From positions 19,282,001-19,346,000 of the forward strand of contig OZ024766.1 of NCBI GenBank assembly GCA_964016885.1: 64,000 nucleotides of DNA, read 5' to 3'. Origin of the DNA: Eledone cirrhosa. Lineage: Eukaryota. Positions 12,454 through 23,983 of this stretch are shown piece after piece (position 1 is the first letter of the stretch; each line of letters starts with the position of its first letter). The position numbers and the translations under genes are program-made. The notes under the pieces were generated by a model. That model was not told where the DNA came from and did no database searches. It saw nothing but the letters and a program-made list of their open reading frames with translations.

Positions 12454-13521
12454 CTGAAAATTACCATATGCCCCACCGACCATGAGTAAAAGCAGAACTG
12501 GCAAGGTTTAGTGGTGGTGGTCGTGTAGTGTGGTGGTAGTGTAGTGGTGGTGTAGTGTGGTGGTGGTGTAGTGTGGTAGTATGATGTGGTGGTGGTGGTG
12601 GTGTAGTGTGGTGGTAGTGTGGTGTGGTGGTGTAGTGTGGTGTGGTGGTGTAGTGTAGTGGTAGTGTAGTGGTGGTGTGGTGGTAGTGTGGTGTGGTGGT
12701 AGTGTGGTGTGGTGGTGTAGTGTGGTGGTAGTGTGGTGGTGTAGTGTGGTGGTGGTGTAGTGGTGGTAGTGTGGTGGTGGTGGTGTAGTGTGGTGGTATG
12801 GTGTGGTCTGGTGGTAGTGTGGTGGTAGTGTGGTGGTGGTGGTGGTGGTGTAGTGTGGTGGTATGGTGTGGTGGTAGTGTGGTGGTGGTAGTGTAGTGGT
12901 AAGATGGTGTGATGTTGTTCTAGTTTGGTGCTTGTGGTAGTGTAGTGTTGGCAGCAGTGGCGGTGGTGGTGCAATGGTGGTATTGTGTGGTGGTGGTGGT
13001 GGTGGTTCTGGTGTAGTGTTGGCAGTGGTGATGGTGGTAGTGTCAGCGGCGGTGGTGGTGGTGCAACGGTGGTTCTGGTGTAGTATTGGCAGTGGTGATG
13101 GTCGTAGTGTTGGCGGTAGTGTAGACAGTGATGATGATGGTGGTGGTGTTAGTGGCGGTAAAGGTTACCCAGTAATCTTTGATTTTTTGGAGATATAATT
13201 TGTTTACGTCCTAATATTTCGGGCGTGAAATCCCTTGTCAGAGGAACAAGTTCCTGTCAATTCACTTTAAAATTAGATTTAAAATTTAAAATTTATAAAC
13301 CATTTTCAAGTGCTTGATGTAGTATTCATGAAGATCTGGTGTATGACATCAATTGTTGTGTATAAAATTGTGTTTTTGTTGTGTGTGATTTGTGGGCCTC
13401 TCAAAATTCGTTGGATTTTCTGATTAGACTTTCACCTTGAAACTGAATATCAACCCGGAGTACACCTGAACTTCCACCAGGAAATCTTTCGTATCTTTGA
13501 AATTTTCTTTGCTTCTTGCAT

Positions 13522-13567
<46 letters not shown>

Positions 13568-13659
13568 TATATATATAAATAAATTAAGATTTTTCACTCT
13601 AGCGATCTTAGTAGTCAATTGCAACTAAAACATGTAAATGTTCATCAAATATTAATTTA

Positions 13660-13715
<56 letters not shown>

Positions 13716-13879
13716 ATAATAATAATAATAATAGTAATAATAATAAATTTGAAGACTAAAATCCAAAGAGGGCTGAATAAGTTTCAGAAGATCCCGTTAA
13801 GGGTGAAAGCAGCGGTTCTTTGCTTAAACTTTAATCTGTTATTTTAATAAATATATATATATATATATACGATATTAAA

Positions 13880-14085
13880 TACGATATTAAATAAATGGAA
13901 ACTATTATTTATAAAACTGTTTATATATTGTATTTTGTCTGATGAAGGCATACCATATTTTAATTTGGTATCCCTGAAATATGTATAATGAAACAAATAT
14001 GGTTTTATAAATATAGTTTCCATTTATTTAATATCGTATATCTACTCCAAAAACTTGTCGAGTGCTTTATATCAGTTATAAAATA
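13880..14085. mobile_element. foldback element (about 37-bp inverted repeats) carrying the hammerhead at its apex; probably Penelope-like or retrozyme-like and non-autonomous
   Basis: IR 13880-13917 versus 14002-14038; related copy at 25757-25923. Confidence 0.5.
13933..13993 (+). ncRNA. second minimal type-I hammerhead ribozyme motif
   Basis: TTTTGT-CTGATGA-AGGCATACCA(10 nt)TGGTATCCCT-GAAA-TATGTATA^ATGAAA; same core as the 14840 copy but a different stem II that still pairs. Confidence 0.65.
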
Positions 14086-14146
14086 TTTACTTGTTGTATC
14101 CCAACAATTTTAAATAGAACTTTTGCATATATATATATCTATCTAT

Positions 14147-14401
14147 CTAAGGTGGGTAAAATTCCCGAGATCCATGGACGAGTTCTCTCCAGCGGTCTCT
14201 GTCCCTCATTATCGCTGCCATATCCTGCATCTCCAACAGACCAGTGTCTGTCCTTAGGGCATCAACATATGTTAACCTTCGTCTTCCTCTTCTAGTGTGT
14301 CCATGTAGGGGCTCCCAAAGGAGCACTGAGTGCAATGTCAACTCTGGATGTCGGTGAGCATGTCCAGCCAACCTCAGTCTCCTCTGTGTCACTTTTGAGC
14401 T
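14147..14401 (-). mobile_element. second RTE-like LINE family, 3' fragment
   Basis: RRLRLAGHAHRH...LLWEP...RGRRRLTYVDAL...DRDRWRELV. Confidence 0.82.
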
Positions 14402-14735
14402 GACTATATATATATAGTGTATTTTGCAATACACTGTATGCTTAATTAAAAGCAAGTTGAAAACCATACGCTATTGTTTTAAAATAGTGACAATGTCACT
14501 TATTTAAATTTTCAGCAAACAGGGGAGATAAACTGACAGAGCTCTGTTTCGTACTTTTTGGTACTTATCAAAGCTCGCTACTATATATATATATATATAT
14601 ATATATATTTTAAAGAGTTAAACAAGATTCAATGAGTATGTCAAAGAATGAGTTTTACAATAGATTGGAAGCACTCTACGGCAAAAAATAATTTTCCAGA
14701 GTTATTAATATTAAAATATAAATATTAATAAAATA

Positions 14736-14840
14736 TGATACATGACATACCCTGAGATGTTAAATGGCTAAGATTTAATCAAGGTAGTCTACCTTGATTA
14801 AATCTTAACCATTTAACATCTCAGGGTATGTCATGTATCA
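14736..14840. repeat. near-perfect 105-bp palindrome (52-bp arms, 1-nt centre, 1 mismatch)
   Basis: tgatacatgac...aaggtag-t-ctacctt...gtcatgtatca. Confidence 0.92.
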
Positions 14841-14902
14841 TTATATTTTGTCTGATGAGGACGTACAGTCGTACATCCGAAATATGTATAATAAAATGTA
14901 AT
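14840..14902 (+). ncRNA. minimal type-I hammerhead ribozyme motif (Penelope-like element type)
   Basis: ATTATATTTTGT-CTGATGA-GGACGTAC(AGTC)GTACATCC-GAAA-T(ATGT)A-TA^ATAAAATGTAAT: intact core, 12-bp stem I, stem II with 7 of 8 pairs, minimal stem III. Confidence 0.75.
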
Positions 14903-14937
14903 TGATCAAAAGAACATCTATTTTATTAATATTTGTA

Positions 14938-14969
<32 letters not shown>

Positions 14970-14980
14970 ACCTTGGTCCA

Positions 14981-15115
14981 AGGTTAACTTATGTTGATGC
15001 CCTAAGGACAGACACTGGTCTGTTGGCGACGCAGGACATGGCAGCGATAATGAGGGACAGAGACCGCTGGAGAGAACTCGTCCATGGATCTCGGGGGGAA
15101 TTTTACCCGCCCTAG
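14981..15115 (+). mobile_element. short inverted copy of the second RTE-like 3' end
   Basis: LTYVDALRTDTGL...DRDRWRELVHGS; reverse complement of 14147-14279. Confidence 0.82.
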
Positions 15116-15273
15116 ATATATATAAATAGATAGATATATATAAATAAATATAGCGTGCTTGCTTTCTACGCGAAGATGCATTTGTGAACGCGGTGCTTAG
15201 AGCAAGTCCATGTAATGCAAGTCTTTTATTTCTGATAGATAAAAAAAAATTAAAATGGAGGACAAATACTAAC

Positions 15274-15337
15274 CCATCATTTATGTAGCCCACATCATCC
15301 TGGAAATCGGAGGAACTGCCGATCTTTGACTTGGATG
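15274..15337 (-). CDS. Nrg: exon 18, cytoplasmic (ASKSKIGSSSDFQDDVGYINDG)
   Basis: tgcag acceptor, gttagt donor; 64 nt, phase 1-2, which supplies the phase change needed to reach the last exon. Confidence 0.75.
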
Positions 15338-15413
15338 CTGCAATGGATGTTAAAATTCAGAAGTCAAGCAATGTCTACCATGACAATTGAGCCGTTCATT
15401 AAATCCTTACACA

Positions 15414-16478
15414 CATTGCAACTGGTGCAGTAACACCTGATGCACCTAGTGCAGTAACACCCACCCATTGCAACTGGTGCAGTAACAGCCTTCCATTGCA
15501 ACTAGTGCAGTAACACCCATTGCACCTAGTGCAGTAACACCCATTGCAACTAGTGCAGTAACACCCATTGCACCTAGTGCAGTAACACCCATTGCACCTA
15601 GTGCAGTAACACCCATTGCACGTAGTGCAGTAACACCCATTGCACCTAGTGCAGTAACAGCCTTCCATTGCACCTAGTGCAGTAACACCCATTGCACCTA
15701 GTGCAGTAACACCCATTGCAACTAGTGCAGTAACAGCCTTCCATTGCACCTAGTGCAGTAACACCCATTGCACCTAGTGCAGTAACAGCCTTCCATTGCA
15801 CCTAGTGCAGTAACACCCATTGCACCTAATGCAGTAACACCCATTGCACCTAGTGCAGTAACACCCATTGCACCTAGTGCAGTAACACCCATTGCACCTA
15901 GTGCAGTAACACCCATTGCACCTAGTGCAGTAACACCCATTGCACCTAGTGCAGTAACACCAATTGCACCTGGTGCAGTAACACCCATTGCAACTGGTGC
16001 AGTAACACCCATTGCACCTAGTGCAGTAACACCCATTGCACGTAGTGCAGTAACACCCATTGCACCTAGTGCAGTAACACCCATTGCACCTGGTGCAGTA
16101 ACAGCCATTGCACCTAGTGCAGTAACACCCATTGCACCTAGTGCAGTAACACCCATTGCACCTAGTGCAGTAACACCCATTGCACCTAGTGCAGTAACAC
16201 CCATTGCACCTAGTGCAGTAACATCCACCCATTGCAACTAGTGCATTAACACCCATTGCACCTGGTGCAGTAACACCCATTGCACCTAGTGCAGTAACAC
16301 CCATTGCACCTAGTGCAGTAACACCCATTGCACCTAGTGCAGTAACAGCCTTCCATTGCACCAAGTGCAGTAACACCCATTGCACCTAGTGCAGTAACAT
16401 CCACCCATTGCACCTAGTGCAGTAACATCCACCCATTGCAACTAGTGCAGTAACAGCCTTCCATTGCAACTAGTGCAG
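15414..16478. repeat. 24-bp minisatellite (cacccattgcacctagtgcagtaa), about 42 copies
   Basis: Direct inspection. Confidence 0.95.
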
Positions 16479-16502
16479 GTGTATTTGTGCGTTTCAATTT
16501 AC

Positions 16503-16583
16503 CGTACAACTTGGGAAACCGATCAACGAAGTTATAATAAGTATTTATCTGATGAGCCGTGAATATTTCGACCTCTTCGTCTG
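16503..16583 (-). CDS. Nrg: exon 17, cytoplasmic, possibly cassette ([27 protein letters not shown])
   Basis: Unique island between two satellites; cagcag (NAGNAG) acceptor, gtaaat donor; 81 nt, phase 1-1, no stops. Confidence 0.65.
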
Positions 16584-16590
16584 CTGTCAG

Positions 16591-18997
16591 ATGAAAAGAG
16601 ATGACAGACGGTTGAAATGAAAAGAGATGACAGACGGTTGAAATGAAAAGAGATGACAGACGGTTGAAATGAAAAGAGATGACAGACGGTTGAAATGAAA
16701 AGAGATGACAGACGGTTGAAATGAAAAGAGATGACAGACGGTTGAAATGAAAAGAGATGACAGACGGTTGAAATGAAAAGAGATGACAGACGGTTGAAAT
16801 GAAAAGAGATGACAGACGGTTGAAATGAAAAGAGATGACAGACGGTTGAAATGAAAAGAGATGACAGACGGTTGAAATGAAAAGAGATGACAGACGGTTG
16901 AAATGAAAAGAGATGACAGACGGTTGAAATGAAAAGAGATGACAGACGGTTGAAATGAAAAGAGATGACAGAAGGTTGAAATGAAAAGAGATGACAGACG
17001 GTTGAAATGAAAAGAGATGACAGAAGGTTGAAATGAAAAGAGATGACAGACGGTTGAAATGAAAAGAGATGACAAAAGGTTGAAATGAAAAGAGATGACA
17101 AACGGTTGAAATGAAAAGAGATGACAGACGGTTGAAATGAAAAGAGATGACAGAAGGTTGAAATGAAAAGAGATGACAGACGGTTGAAATGAAAAGAGAT
17201 GACAAACGGTTGAAATGAAAAGAGATGACAGACGGTTGAAATGAAAAGAGATGACAAACGGTTGAAATGAAAAGAGATGACAGACGGTTGAAATGAAAAG
17301 AGATGACAGAAGGTTGAAATGAAAAGAGATGACAGACGGTTGAAATGAAAAGAGATGACAAACGGTTGAAATGAAAAGAGATGACAGACGGTTGAAATGA
17401 AAAGAGATGACAAACGGTTGAAATGAAAAGAGATGACAGACGGTTGAAATGAAAAGAGATGACAGACGGTTGAAATGAAAAGAGATGACAGAAGGTTGAA
17501 ATGAAAAGAGATGACAGACGGTTGAAATGAAAAGAGATGACAGAAGGTTGAAATGAAAAGAGATGACAGAAGGTTGAAATGAAAAGAGATGACAAAAGGT
17601 TGAAATGAAAAGAGATGACAAACGGTTGAAATGAAAAGAGATGACAGACGGTTGAAATGAAAAGAGATGACAGAAGGTTGAAATGAAAAGAGATGACAGA
17701 CGGTTGAAATGAAAAGAGATGACAAACGGTTGAAATGAAAAGAGATGACAGACGGTTGAAATGAAAAGAGATGACAAACGGTTGAAATGAAAAGAGATGA
17801 CAGACGGTTGAAATGAAAAGAGATGACAGAAGGTTGAAATGAAAAGAGATGACAAACGGTTGAAATGAAAAGAGATGACAGACGGTTGAAATGAAAAGAG
17901 ATGACAAACGGTTGAAATGAAAAGAGATGACAGACGGTTGAAATGAAAAGAGATGACAGAAGGTTGAAATGAAAAGAGATGACAGACGGTTGAAATGAAA
18001 AGAGATGACAAACGGTTGAAATGAAAAGAGATGACAGACGGTTGAAATGAAAAGAGATGACAAACGGTTGAAATGAAAAGAGATGACAGACGGTTGAAAT
18101 GAAAAGAGATGACAGACGGTTGAAATGAAAAGAGATGACAGAAGGTTGAAATGAAAAGAGATGACAGACGGTTGAAATGAAAAGAGATGACAGAAGGTTG
18201 AAATGAAAAGAGATGACAGAAGGTTGAAATGAAAAGAGATGACAGACGGTTGAAATGAAAAGAGATGACAGAAGGTTGAAATGAAAAGAGATGACAGACG
18301 GTTGAAATGAAAAGAGATGACAGAAGGTTGAAATGAAAAGAGATGACAGAAGGTTGAAATGAAAAGAGATGACAGACGGTTGAAATGAAAAGAGATGACA
18401 GACGGTTGAAATGAAAAGAGATGACAGAAGGTTGAAATGAAAAGAGATGACAGACGGTTGAAATGAAAAGAGATGACAGACGGTTGAAATGAAAAGAGAT
18501 GACAGAAGGTTGAAATGAAAAGAGATGACAGACGGTTGAAATGAAAAGAGATGACAAACGGTTGAAATGAAAAGAGATGACAGACGGTTGAAATGAAAAG
18601 AGATGACAGACGGTTGAAATGAAAAGAGATGACAGATGGTTGAAATGAAAAGAGATGACAGACGGTTGAAATGAAAAGAGATGACAGACGGTTGAAATGA
18701 AAAGAGATGACAGAAGGTTGAAATGAAAAGAGATGACAGACGGTTGAAATGAAAAGAGATGACAGACGGTTGAAATGAAAAGAGATGACAGAAGGTTGAA
18801 ATGAAAAGAGATGACAGACGGTTGAAATGAAAAGAGATGACAGACGGTTGAAATGAAAAGAGATGACAGAAGGTTGAAATGAAAAGAGATGACAGACGGT
18901 TGAAATGAAAAGAGATGACAAACGGTTGAAATGAAAAGAGATGACAGACGGTTGAAATGAAAAGAGATGACAGACGGTTGAAATGAAAAGAGATGAC
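16591..18997. repeat. 26-bp minisatellite (atgaaaagagatgacagacggttgaa), about 92 copies
   Basis: Direct inspection; abuts the exon 17 acceptor. Confidence 0.97.
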
Positions 18998-19013
18998 ATA
19001 TATGTATATATAT

Positions 19014-19072
<59 letters not shown>

Positions 19073-19087
19073 CATATATATATACAT

Positions 19088-19121
<34 letters not shown>

Positions 19122-19315
19122 ATATATATACACATATATATATATATATACACATATATATATGTATATATATGTATATATACATATATATATATACATA
19201 TATACATATATATATACATATATATACATATCATATATATATATACATATATACATATACATATATATACATATCATATATATATATACATATATACATA
19301 TACATATATATACAT

Positions 19316-19420
<105 letters not shown>

Positions 19421-19422
19421 CT

Positions 19423-19470
<48 letters not shown>

Positions 19471-19508
19471 CTATATATATATACATGGATATATATATAT
19501 ATACATAT

Positions 19509-19546
<38 letters not shown>

Positions 19547-19624
19547 GCTCATTGTGTGTCTCTTTGACTGAGCAGTCCAATGGGGAGCAATGAAATACGT
19601 ATAATCCAATGAAAACAATCTTAC

Positions 19625-19768
19625 CGTGCATGTTTGACTTGTACTTCTCCTGCCGTCTTTGCGAGATCTTGTCCCGCATTACATACAGAACTATACCAAT
19701 ACATACGATAACCAGTAGAGCAACCAGCATGCCATACAGCCACCCGCTGGTCCCAGCAAAACCAACAA
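19625..19768 (-). CDS. Nrg: exon 16, transmembrane ([29 protein letters not shown]...)
   Basis: cag acceptor, gtaag donor; GW-x-x-GM start of an L1-type TM helix followed by basic residues; 144 nt. Confidence 0.92.
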
Positions 19769-20015
19769 CTGTAGAGAGAGCAGATGCATATCATTATGTG
19801 TGAATATATAATTATATATATGTGTATATATGTGTATATATATATGTATATATATATGTATATATATGTATATATATGTATATGTATGTATATATAGATA
19901 TGTATATATATATATACATATATATGTGTATATATATGTATATATAGATATGTATATATAGATATGTATATATATATATATACATATATATATGTATATA
20001 TAGATATGTATATAC

Positions 20016-20046
<31 letters not shown>

Positions 20047-20052
20047 GATATG

Positions 20053-20084
<32 letters not shown>

Positions 20085-20085
20085 G

Positions 20086-20132
<47 letters not shown>

Positions 20133-20170
20133 GATATGTATATATATATATATATGTATATATAGATATG

Positions 20171-20207
<37 letters not shown>

Positions 20208-20340
20208 GTATATATACATATGTATATATATATATGTATATATATGTATATGTATGTATATATATATATGTATATGTATGTATATATATATATGTATATG
20301 TATGTATATGTATGTATGTATATGTATATATACATATATA

Positions 20341-20590
20341 TCATCATCATCATTTTACGTCCGCTTTTCCCTGCTTGATATGTATATATATATATATATA
20401 TATATCATCAACGTCCGTGTTCCACACTTGCATGGGTTTGGACGGGGGTTTTCCCACTTGAGGCAAGAGTGGTTGTCTTGCTCGCATAGGACTGTCTGGC
20501 GGGTTTTCTACAGTTGGATGCCCTTCCTAACACCAACCACATTTACAGTGTGGGGCTGGGAGGTTTTTACCGTGTTGCCTACACGGCCAT
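20341..20590 (-). mobile_element. SINE 3' fragments embedded in (TA)n
   Basis: Reverse complement of SINE tails and of ggaagggcatcca. Confidence 0.65.
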
Positions 20591-20646
20591 ATACATATAT
20601 ATATACATATACATATATACATATATATATACATATACATATATAC

Positions 20647-20693
<47 letters not shown>

Positions 20694-21052
20694 TATACAT
20701 ATACATATATATATACATATATATATACATATACATACATATATATATATATACACATATACATACATATATATATATACACATATATATACATATATAT
20801 ATACATATACATACATATATATATATATACACATATACATACATATATATATATACACATATATATACATATATATACATATACATACATATACATATAC
20901 ATACATATATATACATATATATATATATACATATATATACATATATATACATATATATATATATACATATATATACATATATATATATATACATATATAT
21001 ACATATATATACATATATATATATATACATACATATATATATATATACATAC

Positions 21053-21117
<65 letters not shown>

Positions 21118-21416
21118 CATATATATACATATATATATATACATATATATACATATACATATATATACATATATATATATACATATATATACATATATAT
21201 ATATACATATATATACATATATATATATACATATATATACATATACATATATATACATATATATATATACATATATATACATATATATATATACATATAT
21301 ATATATATACATATATATATATACATATATATATATACATATATATATACATATATATATATACATATATATACATATATATATATATACATATATATAT
21401 ATACATATATATATAC

Positions 21417-21553
<137 letters not shown>

Positions 21554-21743
21554 CATATATATATATATACATATACATATATATACATATATACATACAT
21601 ACATATATATACATATACATATATATACATACACATATATATACATATATACATACACATATATACACATATATACATACATACATACATACATTATATA
21701 TATATATATATACATACACACATATATATACATATATATATAC

Positions 21744-21810
<67 letters not shown>

Positions 21811-21947
21811 TACACACACACACACACGTCTTTATAAAACAGGGTCATATGTATTTACAGCGGTAAATTGGAGGGGTTTTTCAGAGGGGTTTCTTATAGA
21901 AAAAGGGGTCAGAAATAAAAAAAAAAAAAAAAAAAAGGTTTACTTAC

Positions 21948-22106
21948 AATGGCCGTAAGTAGTGGTTTCTTGTATTTCACTGGCCCTTGTTTCCTTTCCA
22001 TTCGTGGCCACCAGTCTGAATTCATAGTCAGTCCCCGACTCCAAGTTGGTGACATTCTTCCAGCTGACCACAGACTCGTCGGTTGTCTGCTGCCAGTCTG
22101 AGGACT
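21948..22106 (-). CDS. Nrg: exon 15, second part of FnIII-5 (SSDWQQTT...[17 protein letters not shown]...TYGH)
   Basis: Translated by hand; cag acceptor, gtaag donor; FnIII LxxxxxYxFxLxA motif; 159 nt. Confidence 0.9.
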
Positions 22107-22609
22107 CTGGAATGGTAGAGTGTGGGCGTTGAGTGTCGAGTGAGAGTGGAGGTTGTGTCGAGTGTTGAGTGGAGATTGTGTCGAGTGTGAGTGGAGGTTG
22201 TGTCGAGTGACGAGTGAGGGTAGAAGTTGTGTCGAGTGTGAGTGTGAGTGTTGAGTGTGAGTGGAGGTTGTGTCGAGTGTGAGTGGAGGTTGTGTCGAGT
22301 GTGAGTGGAGGTTGTGTCGAGTGAGAGTGTCAAACGAGGGTAGAGGTGTGTCGAATGAGGGTAGAGGTTGTGTCGAATGAGTGTTGAGTGACGAGTGAGA
22401 GTAGAGGTTGTGTCGAGTGTGAGTGTTGAGTGAGAGTAGAGGTTGTGTCGAGTGTGAGTGTCGAGTGAGAGTAGAGGTGTCGAGTGTGAGTGTCAAGTGA
22501 GAGTAGAGGTTGTGAGTGTCAAGTGAGAGAAGAGGTTGTGGAGTGTCAAGAGAGAGTGGAAGTCGTATTGAGTGAGAGTGAAGGTTGCACTGAATGGAAG
22601 TCGTATTGA

Positions 22610-23655
22610 GCAAGAGTGGAGGTTGCGTTGAGCGAGAGTGGATGTAGTGTTGAGCGAGATTGGATGTAGTGTTGAGCGAGAGTGGATGTAGTGTTGAGCG
22701 AGATTGGATGTAGTGTTGAGCGAGAGTGGAGGTTGTGTTGAGCGAGAGTGGAGGTTGTGTTGAGCGAGAGTGGATGTAGTGTTGAGCGAGATTGGATGTA
22801 GTGTTGAGCGAGATTGGATGTAGTGTTGCGCGAGAGTGGAGGTTGTGTTGAGCGAGAGTGGAGGTAGTGTTGAGCGAGATTGGAGGTAGTGTTGAGCGAG
22901 AGTGGATGTAGTGTTGAGCGAGATTGGATGTTGTGTTGAGCGAGATTGGATGTAGTGTTGAGCGAGATTGGATGTAGTGTTGAGCGAGAGTGGATGTAGT
23001 GTTGAGCGAGAGTGGAGGTTGTGTTGAGCGAGAGTGGAGGTTGTGTTGAGCGAGATTGGAGGTTGTGTTGAGCGAGAGTGGATGTAGTGTTGAGCGAGAT
23101 TGGATGTAGTGTTGAGCGAGAGTGGAGGTTGTGTTGAGCGAGAGTGGAGGTTGTGTTGAGCGAGATTGGAGGTTGTGTTGAGCGAGAGTGGATGTAGTGT
23201 TGAGCGAGATTGGATGTAGTGTTGCGCGAGAGTGGAGGTTGTGTTGAGCGAGAGTGGAGGTTGTGTTGAGCGAGAGTGGAGGTTGTGTTGAGCGAGATTG
23301 GAGGTTGTGTTGAGCGAGAGTGGATGTAGTGTTGAGCGAGAGTGGATGTAGTGTTGAGCGAGAGTGGAGGTTGTGTTGAGCGAGAGTGGAGGTTGCGTTG
23401 AGCGAGATTGGATGTAGTGTTGAGCGAGATTGGATGTAGTGTTGCGCGAGAGTGGAGGTTGTGTTGAGCGAGAGTGGAGGTTGCGTTGAGCGAGATTGGA
23501 TGTAGTGTTGAGCGAGATTGGATGTAGTGTTGAGCGAGATTGGATGTAGTGTTGCGCGAGAGTGGATGTAGTGTTGAGCGAGATTGGAGGTTGTGTTGAG
23601 CGAGATTGGAGGTTGTGTTGAGCGAGATTGGAGGTTGTGTTGCGCGAGAGTGGTA
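22610..23655. repeat. 22-bp minisatellite (gagcgagagtggatgtagtgtt)
   Basis: Direct inspection. Confidence 0.92.
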
Positions 23656-23722
23656 GTTTCATTGAGTGAGAGTGGAAGCTGTGGTGTGTTGAGTGTAGAG
23701 ACTATGTTGAGTGAGAACTCAC

Positions 23723-23845
23723 CTTCCTTCCTGTACTCAATGTAGTAGACACTGCCATGAAGGTCTGTCTTCAGATTCTCTGGCCAGGAAATATTTACGT
23801 AATGGAAATCAATGTGAACAAAGGAGAAGATTGGAATCGTAGGAA
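23723..23845 (-). CDS. Nrg: exon 14, first part of FnIII-5 (PTIPIFSFVHIDFHYVNISWPE...YYIEYRKE)
   Basis: Translated by hand; ttcag acceptor, gtgag donor; 123 nt. Confidence 0.88.
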
Positions 23846-23983
23846 CTGAAATATAACATGGTTACAATATACTAGCAGAAAAAGCACCCTACGGATGGTT
23901 TTCTGCTAGCGTGTGTGGTGTGTATATTGATCTTATACATAAATATATATAAATGTAGATATGATAAAAAAAATTTAAAAAAT

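Noticed and set aside
13791-13820. CAGAAGA-TCCC..GGGT-GAAA possible hammerhead relic
   Set aside because: Core is mutated and there is no convincing stem I or III
15399-16385. Cys-rich CNGCYCTR ORF resembling metallothionein or keratin-associated protein
   Set aside because: Simple translation of the 24-bp intronic minisatellite
16549-16575. CTGATGAG hammerhead-like start
   Set aside because: No stem II closing onto GAAA; it is the antisense strand of exon 17
16414-19277. ORFs of about 900 aa in three frames
   Set aside because: Translation of a stop-free 26-bp satellite plus (TA)n; only the 81-nt exon 17 is credible
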